Shown: one piece after another, positions 1 to 11,607 of the stretch
Layout: the number at the start of each line of letters is the position of its first letter
Position numbering within the stretch: position 1 is the stretch's first letter
Assembly (NCBI GenBank): GCA_964016885.1
Contig: CAXHJY010000147.1
Span: 1 to 26,613 of the forward strand
Direction of reading: 5' to 3'
From: Eledone cirrhosa
Taxonomy: Eukaryota
DNA: 26,613 nt
Notes under the pieces: model-generated
Told to the model about the DNA's origin: nothing
The model's database searches: none
Seen by the model: only the letters and a program-made list of their open reading frames with translations
Program-made: the position numbers and the translations under genes

Positions 1-177
1 GTAAAGAGCAAAAGAAGTAGGGGACGATAAGTCTAATTTTGGTGCGAGAGGGTGGGGTATGGGTCCTTGTTTACTAGCTGCGGTCATATTCATTCCCGGG
101 AGTCGAGTGGTTAGCTGAACCATAGATAGGGTGGCGTCGATAGTATGGTGCAGAGGCTACACAAACACAAAGGGCAT

Positions 178-238
<61 letters not shown>

Positions 239-560
239 CGGAGGAGAAGGTACATGAGGTAATTAGAAATGGAAAAAGAGTAATAATAATAATCTATAAT
301 TAATAATGTATAATAAGGCATGGGGAAGATTACACTATAATAAGGTATAAAAGTAAGAATAAGGTAAAATATAAAGTAGGATAAAAGTGAAAATAATAAA
401 GATAAAAAATATATATGTAAAAAAATATATAGAGAATATATAAAGAAATATAAGCGAGTATTTGGAGGGGAAAACAATATATATATATATATTAACACAT
501 GGCATATTATGGTTAATTCTTTTGACATCCATCACGCCCCATCGCTATCTATTTTATATT

Positions 561-889
561 TTTACTGGTTTCCATAATTAAGTCGCGGTCATGTTGGAAC
601 GCCGATTTGACTTAATCGATATAATTGTCCCAAACAATCAATTTTTTTTTTTTTAGCGACTTATTTTATCGATCTCTTTTTCTTGTTGAAGAACATAAAC
701 ACATTGGGGACGGACATACACACGCACACAGGAATTCCTGCAGTTTCCGTCGACCAAATTTCACTCATAGGGTATTTGTCAAGCTGAGGGTATACTAGAA
801 GACATGTAAAAAATGCCGTACAGTGGGACTGAACCCAGAACTATTTGGTTACGAAGCGAATTCCTTAACATAACCATATCTACACCTAT
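561..889 (-). mobile_element. tRNA-derived SINE (cephalopod type)
   Basis: Minus-strand head with B box GGTTCAGTCCC, an internal GT tract, and a 3' motif CCAACATGACCGCG..GAAACCAGTAAAA shared with the copies at 1303, 8530, 13488 and 21386. Confidence 0.8.
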
Positions 890-1077
890 ATCTTAACTTT
901 CGGCTCATAAGTTTTGTTACCTTCCTCATTACTGTGTCGTAATAAGCCAACCGGGAATCTCTGTGATTCTACATGGTCACAATACCCGCTAAAAATAGTA
1001 GATCGATCTACTGACTTAAAAAATAAAATAAATAAAAATAAGAACACATTGGATAATGTACCGTATAGTCACAACTG

Positions 1078-1356
1078 AAGGAGCATGGCTTAGTGGTTCG
1101 GGCGTTGAACTTACGATCTTTAAGTCGAGGGTTTGATACTTGGACCGGGTTATGTATTGTGTTCTTGAGCAAAACATTTCATTTCACGTTGCTCCAGTAT
1201 ACTCAGCTGAAGATAAGTACCAGCAGCAACTGTTCGTAGGAAACCTTGTACTCTTTGTTTCTTAACGCCGATGAAACCGGATAAACCAATGATTAAATCA
1301 AGGCAGTGTCCCAGCATGACCGCGGCTTAATTATGGAAACCAGTAAAAAATAAAAA
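1078..1356 (+). mobile_element. tRNA-derived SINE with CORE/V-like domain
   Basis: A box TGGCTTAGTGG, degenerate B box GGTTTGATACT and body GTGTTCTTGAGCAAAACA..TTGCTCCAGTATACTCAGCTG. Homologous to 13945-14215. Confidence 0.8.
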
Positions 1357-1823
1357 TAGTGATTCAAAAACTCAGCCATTGTATGCCACAGCGTCACGCT
1401 GTATCTCCCTGGGAATAGCATTAAGGGAACACGTATATGTGAAATGCTCAGTCGCTTACACGTTAATTTTACGTGCAGGCAATTCATCTGGACAAACAAC
1501 TGGTACACTCGTCGTCGGAACCGAAGGAGATCCAACAATGACAACAATTGGTAAATACAATTTATCGAAACAGGAAAGATGAAAGGCAATGTCTGAACTC
1601 GGTAGAATTTGAACTTAAAACGTAAAGTGCCGTAACCAAATAATACTGTAGGCATTTTGTCCAATGCTGACTGTCAACAGAAGACTAGACCTGCTAAGGG
1701 TAGCAGCCAAATCTCCATCCACTCACACTACGGTATTATAAGACGAAGGATACATTGAAAACAGCGGTCCTTATACGTGGCAACTGACGAGGATGGAGAG
1801 ACGAGAATGTCTTACTTGAAACA

Positions 1824-2315
1824 CCTTTGGCTCATTTATTACCATATTTCTAGTGAAAGATACTGCCTATGGTTTTCAAATAATTTTGAAAATTATCAAA
1901 AATTTAGATGGATTTAGTAATATAACTAACTTTCTCATTAGCAAGTTGGTGATGGACAGAATCGTTAGTGCCGCAGATAAAATACTTTGTCGTATTTAGT
2001 TTTACGTTCTGAGTTCAAATCCCGCTGAGCTCGATTTAATCGAATTTTCTCTCTCCTGAAATTACGGATCTTGTGACAATTTAAAATCATTATGAAATTG
2101 GTGTTTGAAAAACATTTATTATAAGCATTCATTTGATGAAAAATAAATAAATAACAGTCTACCAGCTATATAGCAGATTAGCATTTATAACTGGTGGAAA
2201 TTACAACCCCGTCGTCACACTTTTGAGCCCTTGAATTTGAGATCGTTGCTTTAAAGTATAGTATCTATCATAGAACCAAGAGTAGTGATAGACAGGTTGG
2301 TATCAAAAGAGTTAA
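1824..2315. mobile_element. Decayed piggyBac-type MITE interrupted by a SINE fragment (about 1950-2095)
   Basis: Right end GGTTGGTATCAAAAGAG-TTAA and a degenerate left end. The insert has TGAGTTCAAATCCC (B-box-like) and is flanked by AAGTTGGTG/AAATTGGTG. Confidence 0.4.
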
Positions 2316-3184
2316 TCGCAACAGTTTGTTAAAGTATGACTGACATATAGTTAAACAACAACTAACTACCATATTGTTAAGTAAAATACTCGATTCCCGT
2401 TGTTACAAGCTTTAGGTTAGATCTGATAAAGCGGAATTTATGATCTGCCAACTTCCTGTTTTCTTGCTCTTCTTCATATACAAAGTGTATCTATAACTAA
2501 TATGTCCTTCGTTGATGTTGTTTAACTTCACGACAGTTCCGCTAGATTCAGCGGCATCATCAAAGGACCTTCTATCTGTTTATATACAGGACTTACATTC
2601 AAGGTGGAAACATTTACTGACATGAAAGCTAAAAAAACAATAATTTGGGATCAGAGTCAGACTTAAACATTTTGGACCCACCCTCGCTTATGTGTATGTG
2701 TGTGTATATATATATATATTCGCCTTAACCTTTGTAGACATACATAACCAGCACGTTATTTCTCCTTTCCTATATCTACATCTGGCTATTCTTAAACTAG
2801 CGAAATTTGAACAAGTTAATATGCTCCGCCGAGGAGATTTGATATGATCGAAACATATTCGATGCTTGTACCAAGTTGGTTTATGTGTATCCCCGCATGT
2901 GCTTAGGTTTTCTGTTTGTTTATGTCCCAGAACTTAGCGATCAGACAAAATAAGCACTAGACTTGAAAATGCATGTAATGCAGTCGAATCGTTCGACTAA
3001 ATAAATCCTTTGAGAGTAGTGCACCAGCATGACTACAACTACCAAAACAATATATACATATATATATATATGTGTGTGTGTGTGTGTTGGGGAAATGTGT
3101 AGCCCTCCTAACGTAAATGATTATAATAATAGTCATTACTATAAATAACTGAGAAAAATCTATATCCCTGAAGCGAAACATCCT

Positions 3185-3352
3185 CCGCAGTAGAGAAAGG
3201 CATGAGCAGAGGTAGTAAGAGCTGATCTCAAATCCTGAAACTCAATTGGGGATGACGAGGGATCGCGACGTATGTAGAAATGTTGTGCTGTAAAGAACTC
3301 GTCCAACCCATCCAAGCGTAGAAAAACGGACATAAAAACGACGATGATGATA
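3185..3352 (+). mobile_element. Short 5'-truncated RTE 3' end
   Basis: RKA*AEVVRADL../MTRDRDVCRNVVL*RTRPTH aligns with the end of the 22084 ORF. Followed by the terminal motif AACCCATCCAAGCGTAGAAAAACGGAC, (GAT)n and (TA)n. Confidence 0.75.
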
Positions 3353-3763
3353 ATATATATATAATCAATATTGTTTCTCTTCCCTGCGATTAAGTTTCTG
3401 CCATTTCATGAACAGGCTTTCCCGTTGTTCTTACAACTGGAACGCTAATCGTCGAAACCGACGAAAGACAATTCGCATCCTTTCATGCCGACACAAATAA
3501 CAACTTACTTTAAAAGCTTTCTTTCTTTCTATATTATATGACATACACGTGTGGGTGGGCGTGTAAAACGTGTCACGATTTGAATATATATTTTAACGAT
3601 GATAATAACGATAAATATGAGTGGCAGGAATAACAAGAAAAAAATACTTATCAAACAGACCGTTGTAAATCCAGTACATTATAACAATAATGTGAATGAC
3701 AAGCAAACTTGTTAAACACCCGTATCATATATATATATATATATATATATACATACACACACA

Positions 3764-3940
3764 CACACCTGCCAACCTCTAAAGGAACACAAAACAGGGA
3801 GTACTATGAAAAGAAGTGCCCCAAAACGGGGAGATTTTACATAATGAAAGATATACCCATTTTCACAAGAGAAGACATCTCTCATCCACTCCAAAGCGGG
3901 TGGGAGATCTCCCGTCCGACTGAAAGAGTTGACAGATCTG
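3764..3940. mobile_element. Possible hAT-like MITE
   Basis: Imperfect TIR CACACCTGCCAAC / GTTGACAGATCTG (10/13) and repeated internal GGGAG motifs. No clear TSD. Confidence 0.45.
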
Positions 3941-4055
3941 TATGTATATAACTATATACTTTGGTTACTACCGATATAACTCGAGATCTCTCTGTTCGAT
4001 GATCCTGAATCCTGAATGGCAGGAGCAAACAATGTAGATGACGAGAGTATTTATA

Positions 4056-4134
4056 CAAGATATCTCAAAAGTTACTATATATTTTGCTGAACTTATTGCT
4101 ATTCAAAATAGATAGTTACTTTTGAGACACTCTG
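4056..4134. mobile_element. Tiny Tc1/mariner-type MITE
   Basis: 31-bp TIRs (25/31 match, CAGAGTGTCTCAAAAGTAACTAT...), TA on both sides and a 17-bp spacer. Confidence 0.65.
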
Positions 4135-4310
4135 TATTAACAGTTTGACCTAACAACGAATCGTTAGCAGTTTCAAGACGTAAATACGCCTTTCTTGTGA
4201 GATGCATTGGAAAATACGCCTATTCTCCAAAACATCTGACGTGATGGACGTCTATGCCATCCATGAAACCGCTGGTAATGTCGTGTTAAGTCAAACTGTT
4301 AGGATAAATG

Positions 4311-4346
<36 letters not shown>

Positions 4347-4680
4347 TGAAAGGATAACAAGGACGATTGGTTACTCCTTCATTACATTTATAGGTAGGTG
4401 ACGCACGTTTCGCCACTGATCAGCTCAAGGTTTGATCTGTATCGATCTTACCCGACTCTATAATCGGCAGCTCGACGGACCCTTTAAAATGCTAGTAGAA
4501 AAAAAATCAGTGGCGAAACGCGCGTCACCTACCAATAAATGTAATGAAGGAGTAACCAATCGCTCTTGTTATCCTTTCAGTGTATTACTCAGTATAGCTC
4601 TACACCTCAACACAGAAGTGAATCTAAACATCGAGTGCTCACCCGGGTGAACCTGCAGTAACTCCAAGTTGACTCCCTAG
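4347..4680 (+). mobile_element. Inverted-arm element between (TA)n tracts, family A, carrying only the 3' half of a hammerhead
   Basis: 74-bp arms at 4347-4420 and 4506-4579 and a tail at 4580-4680 containing GAGTGCTC. The arm contains GGC-GAAAC-GCGC-GTC followed by AATAAA, but no upstream CTGANGA. Confidence 0.65.
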
Positions 4681-4714
<34 letters not shown>

Positions 4715-5007
4715 ATAATGGTTGCATCTCAGTTTCGAGAATTGCCATCCATTGACCTTTTTCTCATACATAGGTGGTGCGACATGACTTTTTAGCCCTG
4801 GCAAGAACTTAGATTCCTTTCCGCATATGCTGTAGCGAAAGAAAGAAAGGCTTTGCACTGGACCAATCCCACTCAAACAACGGTAACAGGTATCCAAAAA
4901 CAGGTTAACATCATTGGCTGCCCTCGAGGCGCAGGTTTTACATCGGGTCCTGGCAAGAATTAGGGGTCTACCACGCACTCCGGCACAAAACCGAATATTT
5001 CCATATC

Positions 5008-5044
<37 letters not shown>

Positions 5045-5447
5045 CACATACTTAGTGGACGTTTCGTTTTACGTATATAAAATACCGACAATAAAATGAA
5101 ATTGCTTTTCCATTGTAAATCTTCGCCTTTAAAGTTGTTTTTTTAAACGATAAATTGCAAAATATTTTTGTAAATGTTTATTAAATGATTTATTTGTACA
5201 TACCGTTAGCAGTCTTAAATTCATAGCCGCCCACCAATAAATTTGCTTAACAAGGCAAAATTGGATTTGATTCCAGAAAATAATGAATAATCTACGATAA
5301 GACTTGAGTGACTGTTTCGTTTTATTGTACGTTACTTTATATCACCTAAAGCGAAATACCCCTCACCTCCATGTGTAAATACAGCAGAGAACCCTTATAA
5401 CTATATCTACTCTATCTTTACTGATCTTAAATAGTAACATATCATAT

Positions 5448-5480
<33 letters not shown>

Positions 5481-6402
5481 ACACATTTAGTATTGATGAA
5501 CGTGATAGTAAATACTCAATATCACGATGGAGATTAATAATTTTAAGTCTGATCCGAAGTAACAAACCACTGAAACGGCCTTAATATACAATATATATAT
5601 ATATATACACACACACAAATAGTTTCTCATTCTAAAAACGGAGAGTGAAAAATACTTTAATTAATTGAGACTATCCTCGTAATTTCAAAACCGAAACTCC
5701 CTTGGGGACGGGGAATCAAATCCTAAGAAAACAAGGAAGTTGATCCGAGTTTTTAAAAACTATTTTAGACAATGCAGTGGGAGTGGATCTTGGTTTTGAG
5801 CCAACATAGTGAAAGCAATGGACACGTTTCGATCTTATAAGATCACCCCCAAGGAATCATATTCACTTTAGCAAACTGGATTTAGTAGAATGGTCAAATA
5901 TATAGAAATGGAGGGAAAGGAAATATACGCTGTGGAATTAAGATATCTTCATGCCTAGGTAGAGCGTGCTGCATAAAGTGTAAAATATATATAACATTGA
6001 GTTTAACACACCGTAGTATTAACTGTATAAGTTCTCAATACTGATAGTAGAGTGTAGAAATTTAGAGACATTGACTTCTAAGTTTCAACTATGTTTGTAC
6101 ATACAAAAGATAAATTTAATATAACTTTTTTTTATATATAATTAAAAGTATCACTGTGAAAAAGAATGAAGTGTAAATACATTTTCCATTTACCTCGGGT
6201 AGAGAGAAAAACCTAAGATATTACACACAAGTTTAAGAGTGTTATCGTCAGAAAGAAACTACTCTTATAGTTCTGCTATTTATGTCAACAAATGAAATTT
6301 AGAGCTCACACCTATGTAGATTTAGCTGGTCTCCTACAAAGATGTATATCACATTAGGTCTCACGTGTTTTAATCATAGCGTCCCAGTCCTATCCTGAAA
6401 TA

Positions 6403-6478
6403 AAGCGTCTTGCTTAAGAACACAAAGAATCGAACCCACGACGTGAGTCTTATACCCTAACCACTAGGCCACGCGAGC
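6403..6478 (-). mobile_element. SINE head fragment
   Basis: Minus strand: GCGTGGCCTAGTGGTTAGGG..GGGTTCGATTC..TGTGTTCTTAAGCAAGAC. Confidence 0.65.
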
Positions 6479-6711
6479 TTCAGTAAATAATTATGCTAAC
6501 CACAGCGCATATTAGGAAACTAAACAAATGAATAACAGGCAAATAAGACTGACCATGTCAGTTAAGTTCTACACCGTTTCACATAAACAACTGCAATAAT
6601 TATAGAGTAGCTATCTTCGGGTATCATTAAAATTCAAAATGTTAAAATAAAATATCTCGTCCGCTTCACCGGATTCATTTCAGGTACTCCGTTCCTGCAT
6701 GTATCTATATG

Positions 6712-6746
<35 letters not shown>

Positions 6747-7029
6747 ACAATGGAACCGACGAGGGAACCCTAACTCTAATCAGAACCCTAACATGTATAT
6801 ACTCAATGAAGCCGGTAAATCGAACACTATATTTTAATTTTTCCATTTCAGATCTGAAGTCAATAACCCGCTCCCTCCAACATATCCGAATGAACCCTAA
6901 CCATAACGTATGCAATGAATCAGGTAAATCGGATGGATTCTTACACACACACATATATTTATACACATGTATTCTTGATATATTATCAAGGATTCCTACA
7001 CAGACATATACATATATATATATATATTA

Positions 7030-7237
7030 GAAAATAGAATAGCTTTCACCGTATTTTTTACTAAAGGAATTTTAGCCTGATAATGGGGTTTAGAACCCTC
7101 AGATAAATGGAAAAAGATGAGTATTGACGTACATGTACGTCAATACTCATCTTTTTCCATTTATCTGAGGGTTCTAAACCCCATTATCAGGCTGAAATTC
7201 CTTTAGTCAAAAATACGGTGAAAGCTATTCTATTTTC
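7030..7237. repeat. 208-bp spacerless palindrome adjacent to (TA)n
   Basis: Centre GACGTACA|TGTACGTC at 7133/7134, with 2 mismatches in the 104-bp arms. Confidence 0.95.
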
Positions 7238-7456
7238 AAACCTGCTCACTGTTTCAAAACATACTTACTTGATATATTTATACACACCATTGGTGCCTGT
7301 GCATTCAAGTGTTGAATTTACAACAAATACAGTGATGTATATGAGGCAACAAATATAATTGTACTTAAATTACAATAATAACCCTTTAACCCCTCCCACA
7401 TGCAATTAATCAGACATGTACATACGTATAGACATACACACACACACACACATATG

Positions 7457-7510
<54 letters not shown>

Positions 7511-8521
7511 AAGGTGTGTAACCGAGGTGTACAAACATACAAGTTTCCGTGAATTACTTACCAATCGCTCATGTTTCCGTTAGAGACAACATCCAATATT
7601 CACCACATACAAAGGAATTTGATCGAATCGTAGGACAATTTAGTAATTGTTGAGAAATATTTCCCATAAGTGTGTCTTCTAATCTCAACAATAGCAACAG
7701 TAACGTCCGTTTAATCCCATTTTAATATAAGCCGAATAAAATCATCAATCTCATGTGTACAGTAATAAGTAAAGAATAACAACAACAAATACAAAGGCAG
7801 TGCTATTTCTAATTGTGGGATTGAATGAGTGAAGTAGCAGCAGCTACTACTACTGCCGCTGAGAAGCAGCCTAGTTGCAGTAGGAAATCTTAATATTTCT
7901 ACTGTAGGTCTCGTTTTCAAAGTGAGGCTCTCTATATTTCTCTTACTAGTCTGACCCCAATTTCTGGGGAACTTAGAGAAAGCAAAGCTCTTTTGATTGT
8001 CTCGCCCTTATACCACCAACCTCTTCTCTCTTTCTCTTATTTCTTACCCATCACAATCTCTTTTAACTGTTGGAGCCAACCTGTCCCCCACTTTTCAGCT
8101 CCAGTCTTAGACTCCCTACAGTGCTTTGCTTCCCTCTCTCGCTATCACTTCTGTTGCGCGTACACACACACGTACGTTGTAGATATATATGTATGTGTTT
8201 GTATTTTCTAATATATAGTAAACTAGGCATACATTTACACACACATATAGATGTATTTCTCAAGTGAATTGCCTTTCTACTTAGAGAAAAATTACCGACT
8301 GGGTTTTAGATTAGCAACAACAACACCAATAACAGCAACAACCTAAAAACATTACTTAGTGAAGCAATGAGAATATTAATGTGAGAAATATATAAAGAAA
8401 GCCAAGAATTGGTAAAGAATTACAGATGTTATTTAAAGATTCCTTTAGTAAGAAGTTAAACAGGGTTAGAACTCCTTGCTATCTTCCAGTTTTATTTCGT
8501 AGTAAAATTTAATCGCTATTA

Positions 8522-9196
8522 TTTTATTGGTTTCACCCATTAAACAGTGGCCATACTGGGGCACCGCCTTGATTCACTCGATCATATCGCACCCAGTGCT
8601 TATTTTCAAGTCTTGTATCGATCTTTTATCAATCCTATTTTGTCAAACTGTTAGTTACAAAACTTAGACGCAGACACGGATTGGCATATACACAAATATG
8701 TGTATGTATATACACACACACACATATATATAACTCATTGTTTATATATATATATATAAACAATGAGTTATATATGTATGGTAGACGGAAATTGCAGAAG
8801 CCTATCGTGTATATATATATATATATATACACGGAAATTGCAGAAGCCTATCGTGTATATACATATATATGTGTATATATATATATATGACAAAAAAACA
8901 CACAGTCCACGCTGTAATGTGGCCGTGTAGGCAACACGGTAAAAACCTCCCAGACCCACACTGTAAATGTGGTTGGTGTTAGGAAGGGCATCCAACTGTA
9001 GAAAACCTGCCAGACAGTCCTATGCGAGCAAGACAATCACTCTTGCCTCAAGTGGGACTACCCCCGTCTAAACCCATGCAAGCGTGGAACACGGACGTTA
9101 AACGTTGATGATGATGATGATGATGATATATATATATATATATATATATATACACGATAGGCTTCTGCAATTTCTGTCTACCAAATTCCACTCACC
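8522..9196 (-). mobile_element. SINE (same family as 561-889) whose internal microsatellite has accumulated insertions
   Basis: 3' body at about 8522-8690 and a continuation at 9153-9196 (GGCTTCTGCAATTTCTGTCTACCAAATTCCACTCAC, compare 737-768). Confidence 0.65.
8889..9127 (+). mobile_element. 5'-truncated copy (3' UTR only) of the young RTE family
   Basis: Highly similar to the reverse complement of about 21687-21928. Has a (GAT)n tail and (TA)n on both sides. Confidence 0.92.
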
Positions 9197-9469
9197 CATG
9201 CTTATGCTGATTTTTAAAAAGTATTACCGATAATGTATGTGTGTGGTAGTTGTAGAATTGTTTTGGTGGTGGTGTTGGAAGTTGTAGTGGGGTAGAAGAT
9301 GGTGGTGCTAATAGAAAATAGTATCTAAGTTTCTCAAAGCTTGAAATGTACTCAAACTCCAAGAATTCAAATTTGATTCCTCCCCTCCCTTTCAACCACC
9401 ACCACCATCTCCCTTTCAACCGCAACCGCCTCTTCCACCCACCACCAACGATGGTGCCTTTACGTAGAC

Positions 9470-9625
9470 GCTCGACCTACTAAAATTAGCAACCAAATCT
9501 CCCTCAAATCACTACTGTCTTGAAAAATAAGTACATCGGTTAATGTAGTCCAATATACACAATGTTTGAATGCCTTTGATTATAAACTTACTCCATCATA
9601 CCTGGCTTGCAGTTAAACAACAAAA
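9470..9625 (+). repeat. Dispersed repeat family (GACCTGCTA..ATAGCAGCCAAATCTCC motif)
   Basis: Similar segments at about 1689-1770 (+), 9826-9858 (-) and 12540-12600 (-). Confidence 0.6.
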
Positions 9626-9858
9626 ATATATTAAATATATTATTTCCAGGAATTTTGCGAATTCTTCAGTATATTTATTTCTCTGTGTTTTTACAAGCAT
9701 ACACACATCATACATACATACACAGAGAGATGACCTTGTAGGTGAGCCCTGAACGAGTAGAGACCAATGATTAAATACATTCCAGCCATGACCAATACTA
9801 CTCCGCCGCAGACATAGTGTATCTCACTTGGCTACTATTTCTAGCAGGTTGAATGACT

Positions 9859-9904
<46 letters not shown>

Positions 9905-9933
9905 ATGATATTAAATAAATGGAAACTATATTC

Positions 9934-9993
9934 ATTCTATTATATATATTTCAAGGGTACCAAAAATTTTGGTACGCTATCTTCAGATAAAAT
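9934..9993 (-). ncRNA. Minimal type I hammerhead ribozyme motif in a solo family-B arm (about 9903-10070)
   Basis: Minus strand: ATTTTAT-CTGAAGA-TAGCGTACCAAAATTTTTGGTACCCTT-GAAA-TATATA-TA-ATAGAAT. Stem I has one G-U pair and stem II is GTACCAAAA/TTTTGGTAC. Confidence 0.8.
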
Positions 9994-10140
9994 ACAAAAT
10001 GTTTTATAAATATTTGACATGACCAAGGATAATATACCTTAACGGTTCAAGATAATTAAATATCTCTTCTACACACACACACACATATATATATATATAC
10101 AATATAATAACAAATGGAAACTATATTTATAAAACCATAT

Positions 10141-10208
10141 TTATTTTATTATACATATTTCAAGGGCCACCAAGGCAAATTATGGTGCGCTTTCATCAGA
10201 TAAAATAA
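10141..10208 (-). ncRNA. Minimal type I hammerhead ribozyme motif (mirror copy)
   Basis: Reverse complement of 10363-10430 in the left arm of the palindrome. Confidence 0.85.
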
Positions 10209-10362
10209 TACAGAATTAGTTTTATAAATAAATATTGATATACCCTGAAAAAAGACAACCTTAACGGTTGGAGCTTCCTGGATATATATCCAGGAAGCTC
10301 CAACCGTTAAGGTTGTCTTTTTTCAGGGTATATCAATATTTATTTATAAAACTAATTCTGTA

Positions 10363-10430
10363 TTATTTTATCTGATGAAAGCGCACCATAATTTGCCTTG
10401 GTGGCCCTTGAAATATGTATAATAAAATAA
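10363..10430 (+). ncRNA. Minimal type I hammerhead ribozyme motif
   Basis: TTATTTTAT-CTGATGA-[AAGCGCACCA..TGGTGGCCCTT stem II]-GAAA-TATGTA-TA-ATAAAATAA. Perfect 9-bp stem I, predicted cleavage after 10421. Confidence 0.85.
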
Positions 10431-10560
10431 ATATGGTTTTATAAATATAGTTTCCATTTGTTAATATATTGTATATTTACTCCACTAAACTGTTGAGTGC
10501 TTTATATCAGTTATAAAAAAATGTTTAAGCTTGTTGAATCCCAACAAATTAAATATAACC

Positions 10561-10650
<90 letters not shown>

Positions 10651-10754
10651 AACCATAAATTGTATAAAACAAATATCTTTAAAAAAAATTAAACGGTTAA
10701 AATTTAAAAACAGTTTATGTTGAAAATCATATCGGAATAAGAAGAATTGAGATA

Positions 10755-11110
10755 ATGATGTGGGTGGAGGGGAACGCGGGGGGAAGAGAGAGAGGGGGGT
10801 TTGAGGGAGGGAGGGTGAGAAAGAATGAGAAGGAAACCGAGTGATAGAGAATAATACCGGTGGGGGGGGGGTGAAAGAGAGAGAGTGGGAAGCCAGAGAG
10901 AAAGACGGGTAGGAGAGAGAGAGAGAAAAGGGTGGGAGCGGAGAGTTTACATGAGAGGGAGAAGAGAGAGAAAGAATGAGACACTTGTAGGGAGAGAGAG
11001 AATGGAGAGAAAGAATGAGACACTTGTAGGGAGAGAGAGAATGAAGGAGAAAAATTGTGTGAGAGAGAACCAGGTGGAAAGATATAAATTAGGGGTAAGA
11101 GAATGAAAAG
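10755..11110 (+). repeat. Purine-rich (GA) low-complexity tract with a 39-bp tandem duplication
   Basis: GAGAGAAAGAATGAGACACTTGTAGGGAGAGAGAGAATG occurs twice (about 10966-11043), and there are multiple G-runs at 10761-10872. Confidence 0.85.
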
Positions 11111-11313
11111 AGTTTCTCTCAGAGATCAATTAAAAAAATGTATTTGCTGCAAATAAATCTCCCTGTCTTTGGTCGTCCAATGGGATGCTCCACTGATTCC
11201 ACATGTCGCTTCCATTCGCCACGGTCATTCATGATGGTCTTGAGCTTCTCTACTGTCTTCATCTGTGTCCTCTAGCAGAATGTCCATGTAAGTGATTTTT
11301 TTTCCTTCTACAG

Positions 11314-11607
11314 CAGTGGTTCTTAACCAGGATTACCAGCATCCACAAGGGGGTGCAAGATTCAGTTCTTGGGGTGCAGAGAAGGAGCAAGAACAGATGT
11401 CACATTAAATATTAAAATATTTTGATTGGATATTTTCTGTTATTTTAAAAAATTTGTATTTATTAATCATAGTAGTTAATTAATTAAATAGTAGTAGCTA
11501 AGTAGCTGATAATTTGACCTGCAAATTGAAGTTCTTTTGTCTTATGTCCTAGTTGGAATTTCAAAATCTCAAGGGGTGCCATGATAGAAAAAGGTTAAGA
11601 ACCACTG
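11314..11607. mobile_element. hAT (Charlie-like) MITE
   Basis: Perfect 15-bp TIR CAGTGGTTCTTAACC and an 8-bp TSD TTCTACAG/CTCTACAG. Confidence 0.92.

Larger units (their letters stand above)
10095..10564 (+). mobile_element. Palindromic double-hammerhead element (Penelope-like pLTR/retrozyme type), family B
   Basis: 382-bp palindrome 10095-10476 centred on GGATATATATCC (one mismatch seen), then a unique tail 10477-10564. (TA)n on both sides and a hammerhead in each arm. Confidence 0.8.

Noticed and set aside
2824-2866. CCGAGGA-GAT..ATC-GAAAC hammerhead-like string
   Set aside because: The core is mutated, stem II is only 3 bp and stem I is unconvincing, so it could be chance.
8785-8860. CRISPR-like repeat-spacer appearance
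   Set aside because: Only two repeats, a TA microsatellite as spacer, a eukaryotic context and no cas genes.
9240-9450. GGT-rich then CCA-rich tracts resembling an inverted repeat
   Set aside because: Complementarity is limited to low-complexity GGTGGTGGT/ACCACCACC runs.
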